NCBI GenBank assembly: GCA_964431835.1
Contig: CAYSKO010000006.1
Location: 59,457-123,456 of the forward strand
Source of the DNA: an uncultured Planctomycetia bacterium
Lineage (GTDB): Bacteria; Omnitrophota; Gorgyraeia; 2-02-FULL-51-18
Direction: 5' to 3'
Length of the DNA stretch: 64,000 bases
Positions 41,240 to 50,457 of the stretch are shown here, one piece after another; the first letter of the stretch is position 1; each line of letters starts with the position of its first letter. The notes beneath the pieces are model-generated. The model worked only from the letters and a program-made list of their open reading frames with translations. It ran no database searches and had not been told where the DNA came from. The translations under genes and the position numbers were made by a program.

Positions 41240-42790
41240 ATGAAGAAGCTGCTCCCCGCAATCCTGACGGCGATCGTGACGATTCAGTCCGTGCCTCAGG
41301 TCGCCTTCGCCGAAGAGGCTTCATTTAATCAGCAGCCCTTCGGGACCATGCCTTTCACCGCCTCCGAAAGCCGGGAAGCCGCCCAGCGCGGCCACGTCGC
41401 GAGCCTGAATGCGCTCGCGGACTTAGAGGCGCTGAACCGCGCCGCCATCGCAGCCCCCAGCGCGTCGCCTTTCACCGCGATGGCCTCGACCGGCACGGAC
41501 GGCCGGCCGGATTTCGCGGTCACGGTCGACGCCAAAGGCGTCCTCCGCGCCGCCTATAAAAACCGTACGCTCACCGGAAAATATGATTTCGTCTCGGGCC
41601 GCGCGGTTCTGAAGAGCGCCGATTCTCTCGAAACGTGGACGATCTCGATTCGCGACGAGGCCGGAGTCCGCACGGTCGCCTCGTTCCGCACGGAACAAGG
41701 CGGCGTGTCGGTCGACAGGAAATTCGACCGCAGCGGGCTTCTTGCCGCCCGCACGGGAGCGACGCGTTTCTCCGACGGCAGCGTTTCCGAGACCGCCGAC
41801 ACGTTCGCCTACGCGCGTATCGGCGGCCGTCCGATCGTGAACGCGACGACGAGTCTCTGGCGGTTCACGGACTCCGACGGCCGCATCCTGCAGGAAGCCG
41901 AAACCCGCGCGTCCACGCGGTACGGCACCGACGGCGCTGCGGAAAGCTCGGTTTCGCTTCAGCGGATCGTGGAGAACGGACAAGACTTTTACGGCGCTGC
42001 CGCTTTCGAATGGACCGACTCCCCCTCGGGCCAGGTTCGGACCAGCGCCTCGCTTTACGGTCTCGAGGAGAATCTCTTCCGGACCATCGGTGCGGCCGAC
42101 GCAGACGCGGTAATCTCGCGGGCGATCGTCGTGACGGAAGCGCATTACGGCGCCGGCCGTCTTCGTTTCCTCGCCGACCGCGAGCGCGACGCCGCGGGCG
42201 TACTGCGCGACAAGAGGACCATCCTTCCCGATGGCACGATCCGGATCGTCGTGGGCGAGGCGGATCCGCGCGACGGCGGCTCGGACGATCTCGTCTTCCG
42301 TCAGACTTCCGTCGGCGGCTGGTCGACCTTCTTCGGCGACAATTACGAAGCCGCCAACGGTTTCTGCTGCACGATTTACGAGGGCTACGGCCTCGCCTTC
42401 ACGAAGTACGTCGGCGGCGTTCCAGGAGAAGAGCGCAAAGTGCAGGTGGTCGTTGATTACCCGCGAGTGAAGACGGTCGAGCTGGAAGGCGTGACTTACC
42501 GCATCGACCTGGCCGGCGGCGAGGTTCGTCTGACCGAGGAAAAAATCGCTGCCGCAGCCGAGGCGCCCGCAGCCGTCGAAGAAATCGTGATCCACTCGTC
42601 TCTGCCGGCCGTCGAAAAGCGCGCTGCCGAGCCTTTCCGGATCCGTCCCGCCGAACACTTCGTGCCGTCTTTCACCTCTCCCGTGCCGCCCCAGGCTCTT
42701 CGCCGCGCCCCCTCCGACTTAAAGGCCCGCACGCGCAATGCTTCCGGCCGGCGCGACGACGAGGATTTCTTCGGAGCCGCCGAAGTTTAA
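41240..42790 (+). CDS. secreted hypothetical beta-rich protein
   Basis: Signal peptide MKKLLPAILTAIVTIQSVPQVAFA; alternating beta-strand patterns; preceded by an AT-rich promoter region. Confidence 0.72.
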   Translation: MKKLLPAILTAIVTIQSVPQVAFAEEASFNQQPFGTMPFTASESREAAQRGHVASLNALADLEALNRAAIAAPSASPFTAMASTGTDGRPDFAVTVDAKGVLRAAYKNRTLTGKYDFVSGRAVLKSADSLETWTISIRDEAGVRTVASFRTEQGGVSVDRKFDRSGLLAARTGATRFSDGSVSETADTFAYARIGGRPIVNATTSLWRFTDSDGRILQEAETRASTRYGTDGAAESSVSLQRIVENGQDFYGAAAFEWTDSPSGQVRTSASLYGLEENLFRTIGAADADAVISRAIVVTEAHYGAGRLRFLADRERDAAGVLRDKRTILPDGTIRIVVGEADPRDGGSDDLVFRQTSVGGWSTFFGDNYEAANGFCCTIYEGYGLAFTKYVGGVPGEERKVQVVVDYPRVKTVELEGVTYRIDLAGGEVRLTEEKIAAAAEAPAAVEEIVIHSSLPAVEKRAAEPFRIRPAEHFVPSFTSPVPPQALRRAPSDLKARTRNASGRRDDEDFFGAAEV

Positions 42791-42939
42791 GCCCGCTTGA
42801 CCGCCCGCCTCGTTCTGAGTTAGGCTAAATCTACCCCTCGTGCGATCGTTTTATTGGAAAGGATCTTTAGGTTTCATGTCTCAGGCGGTTTCTCCCCCCA
42901 AGCTCGGCCGCGAACGGACGGCCGTCACCGGTTTTCCCA

Positions 42940-43073
42940 ATGAGCGCGCCGTGGCCCCGACGGCCTTCGCTGACGGCCGCTACAAATCCGATTACGTCCA
43001 CCCCAACGCAGAAGGTTACCGGAAGATCGCCGAACGCGTCCGCGAATTCCTCGACCGAAAAGGAGCTCTTTGA
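42940..43073 (+). pseudogene. C-terminal remnant of an SGNH/GDSL esterase
   Basis: KSDYVHPNAEGYRKIAERVREFL matches SGNH block V (DxxHPN..GY); no GDS block upstream; 5' boundary approximate. Confidence 0.65.
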
Positions 43074-43537
43074 AACCCCCGCGCAAGACGGCTTTCCCGA
43101 TCGTCAACGTTTACGAACGCTACGGGAAGATCGTCGTCGTCCCGACTTCCCAAACGCTCGCCGGTTTCTACGTCGACAAGGATCCCGCGAAGCTCTTGAA
43201 AGCCGACTGGAACGAGATCGGGGAGGCGGTGCTCGCGGCGCGTAAACGGTTCGAAGCTGGAGTGCCGGTGCCGGTGTGGACGAAAAAAAGCACGCACCCC
43301 GCGCGCGAGGCGTTCGGTGCGCGCTCCGAAGCCGAATTCCTGAACTACTGCCGGCTCTGCTCGGTGGAATTTACGCCCGAGAAAATTCATGCGATTCCGT
43401 ACCAGAACCGCGGCGCAGACGAGGGTTTCGTGCCCGCCGAAGCCGTCGCGTGCGAAGCCTTCGGCCCCGACGCCGCGGCCGTCGGCGACGCGGTCCGTCG
43501 TGCGCTGTCTCTTAGCGGTAAAGGAAAAGCCTCCTGA
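43070..43537 (+). CDS. CdiI/DUF1436-like immunity protein (orphan)
   Basis: Duplicated helix motif EIGEAVLAA...AVGDAVRRAL, F...C.LCSV, I..IP; AAGGAG SD before TTG. Confidence 0.6.
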   Translation: MKPPRKTAFPIVNVYERYGKIVVVPTSQTLAGFYVDKDPAKLLKADWNEIGEAVLAARKRFEAGVPVPVWTKKSTHPAREAFGARSEAEFLNYCRLCSVEFTPEKIHAIPYQNRGADEGFVPAEAVACEAFGPDAAAVGDAVRRALSLSGKGKAS

Positions 43538-43542
43538 AAAAA

Positions 43543-43762
43543 GAACCGGCCTAAAGACGAAATCCTGCCTCATGCCGTCGGCTTTAAATCCCCGAAAATT
43601 TCGACGGCAAACGGCAGGATTTCGTCTTTAGGCCGGTTCCTTCGTCCCGCATAAGACGAAACCCGAAAGAAAAGTGCGCAAAAAAAGAATCCGCCGTTGC
43701 CGTCGAAATTTTCGGGGATTTAAAGCCGACGGCGCAAGGCGGAGTCTTTTTTTGCGCACTTT
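43543..43762. repeat. twin long hairpins sharing an identical inverted 35-nt core
   Basis: Arms 43543-43569/43613-43639 (27/27) and 43671-43695/43738-43762 (24/25); cores 43574-43608 and 43699-43733 are exact reverse complements. Confidence 0.92.
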
Positions 43763-43774
43763 CTCCGATTCCCC

Positions 43775-43803
43775 TTGATTTTCATGAGGGAATTTAGTAC
43801 AAT
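43775..43803 (+). promoter_or_regulatory. sigma70-type promoter
   Basis: TTGATT-17nt-TACAAT upstream of the 43894 ORF. Confidence 0.6.
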
Positions 43804-43893
43804 AACGTCACTTCAGATCGGAGTCCTTCCGGTCTACTCGTTCCAAGATCCTCCGTTAAGCTTGCTCCGAACATTCACGTTTAGGGGGTGCAC

Positions 43894-44376
43894 ATGCTCA
43901 ACAGACGACGGATATTTCACGTCCTCTTCTTCAGCGCGTTTACTTTGTTCTGCGTCGACGCGTCCGCCAAAGAATACTGGAACGGCAGCGAATGCGTCGC
44001 GTGTCCCGACGGCGCGTTCACCTCGTTCGATCCTCTCAAAAACAGCAGCCCCACGCGTGACTCATCGGGCGGCGGCGGCTCCCGGCCTCTTCCTTCCGCC
44101 GGCCCGACCGATTTCACTCTCAACGGTTCCGCCCGGCTCCCGGACGAATTCGTCCTCGTGCCTCAGGAATCGAGCGTGATGTATTTCGTCGTGGGTCCGG
44201 TCAAGCACGTCGACGCCAAGCAACACCTCGTCGTCGTGGAAAACCGCAGCACGCGTAAGAGGCAAAACATCTTTGTCTTCGACCCGATCATCCACTCCCT
44301 CCACGACCGCAACGTCGTCGAGGTGTGGCTTAAACCCGGCTCCAGCCGGGCGGAGAGGATCCACCGCCTCTCCTAA
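43894..44376 (+). CDS. secreted hypothetical protein with a short Cys motif
   Basis: Signal peptide, YWNGSECVACPDG, Ser/Gly/Pro linker, small C-terminal beta domain; own promoter and terminator. Confidence 0.68.
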   Translation: MLNRRRIFHVLFFSAFTLFCVDASAKEYWNGSECVACPDGAFTSFDPLKNSSPTRDSSGGGGSRPLPSAGPTDFTLNGSARLPDEFVLVPQESSVMYFVVGPVKHVDAKQHLVVVENRSTRKRQNIFVFDPIIHSLHDRNVVEVWLKPGSSRAERIHRLS

Positions 44377-44408
44377 CCGCTCTTCAAAACGTCCCCCCGT
44401 AGGAACCG

Positions 44409-44435
44409 CCCCGGGAGCCCTCCTCCCGGGGTTTT
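44409..44435 (+). terminator. intrinsic terminator
   Basis: CCCCGGGAG / CTCCCGGGG stem followed by TTTT. Confidence 0.75.
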
Positions 44436-44690
44436 CATTTATCCTCTCAGCCTCTTCTTACGCCCGGAATAATTGTTAAAGCTTAGATAATCGTCTCACT
44501 TATCATATGTTCTTATAATGGGTCAATAGACTCATTAATAGATATATTTATACTATATTCTGGGTTTAAATATAATTATTTCGAACTATATAGATTGTTA
44601 TCTCCACTTTCATTTATTCACAGGTTATTAGAAACTGTGGACAAGTGTAATATGGGCGCCACAAGCGGGATTCAGGGGTTCAAAAGGTAT

Positions 44691-44719
44691 TTGACGAAGA
44701 TGGTCATGTATGATATCAT
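44691..44719 (+). promoter_or_regulatory. sigma70 promoter of the sulfur assimilation operon
   Basis: TTGACG-17nt-TATCAT with TGn extension, at the end of an AT-rich tract. Confidence 0.72.
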
Positions 44720-44769
44720 TATGGCTCATTAAAGCTAAGCCTACCAGTCAGGTTTAAAGGGTGCATCCA

Positions 44770-45588
44770 ATGACAGATTCCCAGAAGTTCGACCATCTCG
44801 ATAAGCTCGAGAACCAGTCGATTTTCATCCTTCGCGAGGCCTATAAGAAGTTCAAGAAGCTAGCCATGCTTTGGTCCATCGGAAAGGACTCCAACGTCCT
44901 TCTATGGCTGGCACGGAAAGCCTTCTATGGGTATTGCCCGATCCCGCTCGTTCACATCGACACTTCCTATAAGATCCCCGAAATGATCGAGTTCCGCGAC
45001 CGCTACGCCAAAGAGTGGAACCTGAATCTCATCGTCGGGCAGAACAAGCAGGCGCTCGCCGACGGAATGAACTTCACGCAGGGGCGCATTACGTGCTGCA
45101 CGGCTTTGAAGACCACGGGCCTTCAGCAGATCATGGAACAGTACGATTACAAGGGTCTCATCCTCGGCATTCGCCGGGACGAGGAATCCACACGCGCCAA
45201 GGAGCGTTACTTTTCGCCCCGCGATAAGAACTTCGAGTGGGATTTCAAGGACCAGCCGCCGGAGCTTTGGGATCAGTTTAAGACCAACTTCGACGAGAAC
45301 ACGCACATCCGCATCCATCCGCTTCTCCACTGGACGGAGGTGAACGTCTGGGAATACATCCAGCGTGAACAGATTCCGGTCGTGTCGCTTTATTTCTCGA
45401 AGAACGGCAAGCGCTACCGGAGCCTGGGGTGCGCGCCTTGCACGGCCACGATTGATTCGCAGGCTTCTTCGATCCCCGAGATCATCACCGAGCTCAAGGC
45501 CACGAAAACCTCTGAGCGTGCCGGGCGCGCCCAGGACCAGGAAGACACCTACGCGATGCAGCGCCTCCGCGCCAAAGGATACATGTGA
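44770..45588 (+). CDS. cysD: sulfate adenylyltransferase subunit 2
   Basis: LE.QSI.ILREA, WSIGKDS, R.KER.FS.R, QPPELW, YRSLGC.PCT, LR.KGYM. Confidence 0.93.
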   Translation: MTDSQKFDHLDKLENQSIFILREAYKKFKKLAMLWSIGKDSNVLLWLARKAFYGYCPIPLVHIDTSYKIPEMIEFRDRYAKEWNLNLIVGQNKQALADGMNFTQGRITCCTALKTTGLQQIMEQYDYKGLILGIRRDEESTRAKERYFSPRDKNFEWDFKDQPPELWDQFKTNFDENTHIRIHPLLHWTEVNVWEYIQREQIPVVSLYFSKNGKRYRSLGCAPCTATIDSQASSIPEIITELKATKTSERAGRAQDQEDTYAMQRLRAKGYM

Positions 45589-46886
45589 TGAACACCGCTC
45601 CCCTGCGCGGCGAGGAGATCGTCGCCGAGACAAACGAAACGCTGAAATTCGTCATGGTCGGCCACGTCGACCACGGCAAATCCACGCTGGTCGGCCGCCT
45701 GCTCCACGAGACCGGCTTCATTCCCGACACCAAGGTCGAACACGTAAAGAAAGTCTGCGATGACCAGGGCAAGGGCTTCGAGTTCGCGTTCCTCCTGGAC
45801 GGCCTCGAGGAAGAGCGCGACCAGGGCATCACGATCGACGTCGCGCAAATGTTCTTCCGGACAAAGAAGCGCAACTACGTCGTCATCGACGCTCCCGGCC
45901 ACAAAGAATTCCTGAAGAACATGATCTCGGGCGCTTCGAACGCGGACGTGGCGTTCCTCCTGATTGACGCCGAAGAGGGTATTCAGGAGCAGACGAAGCG
46001 CCACGCGTACCTCCTTTCGCTTCTGGGCATCCGCCAGATCGCGGTCGTGATGAACAAAATGGACTTGGTCGGCTATTCCGAAGAGGTCTTCAACCGCACG
46101 CGCGACGCGTATCTCGAATACCTTTCGACGATCGGCGTGAAGCCTTACACGTTCATTCCGATCTCGGCCTACCACGGCGACAACGTCGTCAAAAAGAGCG
46201 ACAAGATGCCCTGGTACGCGGGAGGGTCGCTTCTCGAGACGCTCGACGCTTTCGAATCGAAGGACGATCGCTCGAAGCTGCCCTTGCGCCTTCCGGTGCA
46301 GGACGTCTACAAGTTCGACAAGCGCCGCATCATCGCGGGCCGCGTCGAGGCCGGCAGCGTGAAGGTGGGCGACGAACTCGTTTTCCTGCCCTCCGGCAAG
46401 ACCACGAAGGTAAAATCCATCGAGAAATGGAACGCAGCGACGCCCGAGCTCGTGATCGCGGGCGAATCGACGGGCCTGACGATGGAAGAGCAGATTTTCG
46501 TCGAGCGAGGCGACATCGCCTGCAAGAAGAACGAGCAGCAGGCGCTCGTGGCCGACCGCTTCACCGCGAATATCTTCTGGATGGGCAACAAGCACCTCCA
46601 GAAAGGCGGCAAGTACATCCTGAAGCTCGCGACGATGGACATCGAGTGCGTGATCGACTCGATCCCGCGCGTCATCAATTCCTCCACGCTCGAGGAGATC
46701 TCGAAGAACGCCGCCGAGGTCGCCAAGAACGAGGTCGCCGAGATCATCCTCACCACGAAGAAGCCGATCGCCTTCGACACGTTCGACCTGGTCCCCGAGA
46801 CCGGCCGTTTCGTGATCGTGCACGAGCACGACGTGCGCGGCGGCGGCATCATCCACAAACTCGTCGAGCATTACTCGGCAATCTGA
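45588..46886 (+). CDS. cysN: sulfate adenylyltransferase subunit 1 (GTPase, no APS-kinase domain)
   Basis: [37 protein letters not shown]. Confidence 0.92.
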   Translation: MNTAPLRGEEIVAETNETLKFVMVGHVDHGKSTLVGRLLHETGFIPDTKVEHVKKVCDDQGKGFEFAFLLDGLEEERDQGITIDVAQMFFRTKKRNYVVIDAPGHKEFLKNMISGASNADVAFLLIDAEEGIQEQTKRHAYLLSLLGIRQIAVVMNKMDLVGYSEEVFNRTRDAYLEYLSTIGVKPYTFIPISAYHGDNVVKKSDKMPWYAGGSLLETLDAFESKDDRSKLPLRLPVQDVYKFDKRRIIAGRVEAGSVKVGDELVFLPSGKTTKVKSIEKWNAATPELVIAGESTGLTMEEQIFVERGDIACKKNEQQALVADRFTANIFWMGNKHLQKGGKYILKLATMDIECVIDSIPRVINSSTLEEISKNAAEVAKNEVAEIILTTKKPIAFDTFDLVPETGRFVIVHEHDVRGGGIIHKLVEHYSAI

Positions 46887-46891
46887 TCTCC

Positions 46892-47638
46892 GTGACCCAT
46901 CCCGTCCTAGACCTCGAGAAGGCCAACGCCGAATTAGAAAAAGCGTCCGCCGTCGCGTTCCTTCAGTGGGCGTTCCGCACGTTCACGCCCGGGAAGATCG
47001 CATTCGCCTCGTCGTTCGGCTTGGAAGACGTGGTGGTGATCGATATCGTTCACAAGATCGATCCTTCCGTGCGGTTCTTCACGCTCGACACCGGGCGACT
47101 GAACGAGGAGACCTACGACGTGATGGAGCGCGTGCGCCGGAAGTACGACGTCTCGATCGAGAGCTATTTCCCGGACGCGACGAAGGTCGAGAACTTGGAA
47201 CGCGCGAAGGGTTTTTACTCCTTCCGCGAATCCGTAGAAAACCGCAAGGAGTGCTGCGCGATCCGGAAGATCGAGCCGCTCTCGCGCGCGCTAAAAGGGA
47301 TGGAGGCCTGGATCACGGGGCTTCGCCGCGAGCAGTCGGTGACGCGCACCGAGATCCGGAAGATCGAATCCGACGCGGGCGGGCTCCTCTATAAATTGAA
47401 TCCTCTTGCGGACTGGACGCTCGCGGACGTGTGGGCGTACATCAAGAAGAACGACGTCCCGTACAACGCGCTCGCCGACAAGGGATACCCCTCGATCGGC
47501 TGCTCGCCGTGCACACGCGCGACGGCTCCCGGCGAGGACGTGCGCGCGGGCCGCTGGTGGTGGGAGAGCCCCGAGCACAAGGAGTGCGGGCTCCACAACA
47601 ACCCGAACCACCCCAAGCTTCCGAACGGAAAACATTGA
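46892..47638 (+). CDS. cysH: APS reductase (CysH family, Fe-S type)
   Basis: ASSFG.ED, TLDTGRL..ETY, ECC.IRK, WITGLRR.QS, SIGCSPCT, RAGRW, KECGLH; GTG start. Confidence 0.92.
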   Translation: MTHPVLDLEKANAELEKASAVAFLQWAFRTFTPGKIAFASSFGLEDVVVIDIVHKIDPSVRFFTLDTGRLNEETYDVMERVRRKYDVSIESYFPDATKVENLERAKGFYSFRESVENRKECCAIRKIEPLSRALKGMEAWITGLRREQSVTRTEIRKIESDAGGLLYKLNPLADWTLADVWAYIKKNDVPYNALADKGYPSIGCSPCTRATAPGEDVRAGRWWWESPEHKECGLHNNPNHPKLPNGKH

Positions 47639-48054
47639 TGACCGCTTCGACCGCCACGCTCACGCTGAAGCAAGCCGCCTACGACGCGATGATCGCGCAC
47701 GCGAAAGCCGGCTACCCGAACGAAGCCTGCGGAATTCTCGGGGGCGGCGCGGACACCGGCGAGCGTTTCTATCCGCTCAAGAACGCGGACGAATCGCCGA
47801 TCAGCTATTTCATGGACCCGAAGGAGCAGCTCCGGGTCTTCAAGGCCATGCGCGAGGGCGGCGTCGAGATGCGCGGCATTTTCCACTCGCACGTGACGAG
47901 CGAAGCGTACCCGTCGCAGAAGGACGTGCGCCTTGCGTTCTATCCCGAGGTGAGCTATCTCATCGTGTCGCTTTCGGACATGGAGAAGCCGGTTTTGAGA
48001 TCGTTCCGAATCAACGAGGAGAAGGTCAGCGAGGAGGAGATCCGAATTGTCTAA
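47638..48054 (+). CDS. JAB/JAMM (M67, Mec/HcyD-like) metalloprotease
   Basis: HA...YPNEACG.L, MDP.EQ, HSH-x7-S-x2-D JAMM motif; TGATG coupling to cysH. Confidence 0.92.
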   Translation: MTASTATLTLKQAAYDAMIAHAKAGYPNEACGILGGGADTGERFYPLKNADESPISYFMDPKEQLRVFKAMREGGVEMRGIFHSHVTSEAYPSQKDVRLAFYPEVSYLIVSLSDMEKPVLRSFRINEEKVSEEEIRIV

Positions 48055-49183
48055 CCAAGCCGAACTCATCAAGATCACGCTGAACGGCAAGCCGAACGAG
48101 ATCCAGGGCGGCACCACGGTCTCGGCGCTCCTTGCGAAATGGAAGATCCGGCCCGAGCTCGTTACGGTCGAGATCAACGAGAACATCCTGCAGAAACTAG
48201 AATACGAAGAGACCGCGATCAAAGAAGGCGACAAGGTCGAGTTCGTGTTCTACATGGGCGGCGGCGCGCCGTACGAGTCGATCCTCGACTTCGTCGGAAA
48301 CACGCCCCTCGTGAAGCTCCAGAAGGTCGTCGAAAAGGGGAGCGCCACCGTTTACGCGAAGCTCGAGATGTTCAATCCGGGCGGCAGCGTGAAGGACCGC
48401 ATCGCGCTCAACATGATCGACGCGGCCGAGAAGAAGGGCCTCCTCAAGCCGGGTTCTGTCATCGTCGAGCCGACGAGCGGGAACACGGGCATTGGCCTAG
48501 CTATCGTCGGAGCCGTCAAAGGCTACAAAGTCATTCTCACGATGCCGGAAGGCATGAGCCAGGAACGCATTCAGATCGTCCAGAGCTTCGGCGCGGAGGT
48601 GGTTCTTACGCCCGCGAAGGAAGGCATGATCGGCGCCGTCGAAAAGGCGCGCGAGATCGTCGCCACGAAGAAGGACGCGTTCATGCCACAGCAGTTCATG
48701 AATCCGGACAACCCGGCGATGCACCGGAAGACCACGGCGAAAGAAATCCTGAAGGAGCTCGACCAGCTCGACGCGTTCGTCGCGGGCGTCGGCACCGGCG
48801 GGACGATCACCGGGGTCGGCGAGGTGCTGAAGAAACACGACCCGAAGATCCGCGTGATCGGCGTCGAGCCTAAAACTTCGGCGGTCCTTTCGGGTGGCCG
48901 CCCCGGGCCGCACATGATTCAGGGTATCGGCGCGGGTTTCGTTCCGGACGTCCTGAACCGCCAGGTGATCGACGAGGTCCACACCGTCGACGACCAGGAA
49001 GCGTACCAGATGGCTAAGCGGCTCTCGCGCGAGGAAGGCATTTTCGCTGGGCTGTCGTGCGGAGCAGCCTGCTCGGTCGCGGTGAAGGTCGCGAAGACTT
49101 TGGGCGCCGGCAAGACGGTGGTCGTGATTTTCCCCGATTCGGGCGAGCGGTACCTCAGCATCGAACCGTTTTTTAACATTTAA
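48047..49183 (+). CDS. cysK: ThiS-like sulfur carrier fused to cysteine synthase (CysK type)
   Basis: aa1-73 I.LNG...VE.N...L..GD.VE.V.YMGGG; then GNTPLVKL, NPGGSVKDR, EPTSGNTG, GVGTGGT, IQGIGAG, PDSGERYLS. Confidence 0.9.
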   Translation: MSNQAELIKITLNGKPNEIQGGTTVSALLAKWKIRPELVTVEINENILQKLEYEETAIKEGDKVEFVFYMGGGAPYESILDFVGNTPLVKLQKVVEKGSATVYAKLEMFNPGGSVKDRIALNMIDAAEKKGLLKPGSVIVEPTSGNTGIGLAIVGAVKGYKVILTMPEGMSQERIQIVQSFGAEVVLTPAKEGMIGAVEKAREIVATKKDAFMPQQFMNPDNPAMHRKTTAKEILKELDQLDAFVAGVGTGGTITGVGEVLKKHDPKIRVIGVEPKTSAVLSGGRPGPHMIQGIGAGFVPDVLNRQVIDEVHTVDDQEAYQMAKRLSREEGIFAGLSCGAACSVAVKVAKTLGAGKTVVVIFPDSGERYLSIEPFFNI

Positions 49184-49194
49184 GGGACGCGCGA

Positions 49195-50457
49195 ATGAGT
49201 TACGTGAAAGGCTTACGCTGCAGGGAATGCCAACGCGAATATCCTGCGGCGGCGCTCTACGTCTGCGAGTTCTGTTTCGGCTCGCTCGAAGTGGATTACG
49301 ACTACGACAAGATCAAATCGAACATCTCGCGCGAGACGATCGAACGCGGTCCGAAGTCGATCTGGCGCTACCGCGACCTCCTGCCGATCGAAGGCGAGCC
49401 AACCGTCGGCTTCCACGCGGGCTTCACGCCGCTCTTCAAGGCCGACAACCTCGCGCGCGTCCTGGGTGTCCGCGAAGTGTGGGTCAAGGACGACTCGGTC
49501 TGCCATCCGACGCTCTCTTTCAAGGACCGCGTGGTGGCGGTCGCTCTCACGCGCGCCAAAGAACTTGGCTTTAAAACAGTCGCGTGCGCTTCCACCGGGA
49601 ATCTCGCAGGTTCGGTGAGCGCGCAGGCCGCCTGGGCCGGCCTCAACCGCTTCATCTTCATCCCACACGACTTGGAGCTCGGGAAAGTCGTGGGCTCGCT
49701 CACGTACGCACCGAACCTCATCTCGGTGGAAGGTAACTACGACGACGTAAACCGCCTTTGCGCGGAGATCGCCGCGAAGTACCGTTGGGCCTTCGTGAAC
49801 GTGAATATCCGCCCGTATTACGCGGAAGGTTCGAAGACCTACGGCTATGAGATCGCCGAACAGCTCGGCTGGAAGACGCCGCGCCACGTGGTCGTACCGG
49901 TGGCATCCGGCTCCCTCCTCGTGAAGATCTGGAAGGCGTTTAAGGAATTCAAGAAGCTCGGCCTCATCGATTCCGTGGATTCGAAGATCCACGGCGCGCA
50001 GGCCGAGGGCTGCTCGCCGGTCGCTGCCGCCTGGCGGGACAAGAGCGAGATCATAAAACCCGTGAAACCCAAGACGATCGCCAAGTCGCTCGCAATCGGG
50101 AATCCGGCCGACGGCATCTACGCACTCGACGCTATGAAGGAATCGGGGGGTTCCGCGGAGACCGCGACCGACCAGGAGATCATCGACGCGATCAAGCTTT
50201 TAGCGTCTACCGAAGGCATCTTCACCGAGACCGCCGGCGGCGTTACGATGGCGTGCGCGAAGAAGCTCGTCGAAAAAGGCGTCGTCAAGAAAGACGAGTC
50301 GATGGTGATTTGCATCACCGGCAACGGACTCAAGACCCAGGAAGCCATCACCGACCACATCGGCAAACCGTACAAGATCAAACCGAGTCTGGATTCGTTC
50401 GAGCAGAACCTCCGGAACGAATCGAAAATAAAGGAGGACGTATGGGCGTCAAAGTAA
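49195..50457 (+). CDS. threonine-synthase-like PLP enzyme with N-terminal Zn ribbon
   Basis: CREC...[37 protein letters not shown]. Confidence 0.88.
   Translation: MSYVKGLRCRECQREYPAAALYVCEFCFGSLEVDYDYDKIKSNISRETIERGPKSIWRYRDLLPIEGEPTVGFHAGFTPLFKADNLARVLGVREVWVKDDSVCHPTLSFKDRVVAVALTRAKELGFKTVACASTGNLAGSVSAQAAWAGLNRFIFIPHDLELGKVVGSLTYAPNLISVEGNYDDVNRLCAEIAAKYRWAFVNVNIRPYYAEGSKTYGYEIAEQLGWKTPRHVVVPVASGSLLVKIWKAFKEFKKLGLIDSVDSKIHGAQAEGCSPVAAAWRDKSEIIKPVKPKTIAKSLAIGNPADGIYALDAMKESGGSAETATDQEIIDAIKLLASTEGIFTETAGGVTMACAKKLVEKGVVKKDESMVICITGNGLKTQEAITDHIGKPYKIKPSLDSFEQNLRNESKIKEDVWASK

Noticed and set aside
43543-43762. CRISPR array or integron attC interpretation of the 35-nt repeat
   Set aside because: Only two copies, inverted rather than direct; no cas or intI gene in the window; no clear RYYYAAC/GTTRRRY ends on the outer stems.
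17891-44400. Possible genomic island integrated at tRNA-Glu
   Set aside because: No integrase, transposase or duplicated tRNA 3' end was seen, and most genes share the host codon style. It is treated as an accessory region only.
44720-44770. SAM or other riboswitch ahead of cysD
   Set aside because: The predicted leader is only ~45 nt, with no recognisable aptamer or terminator.
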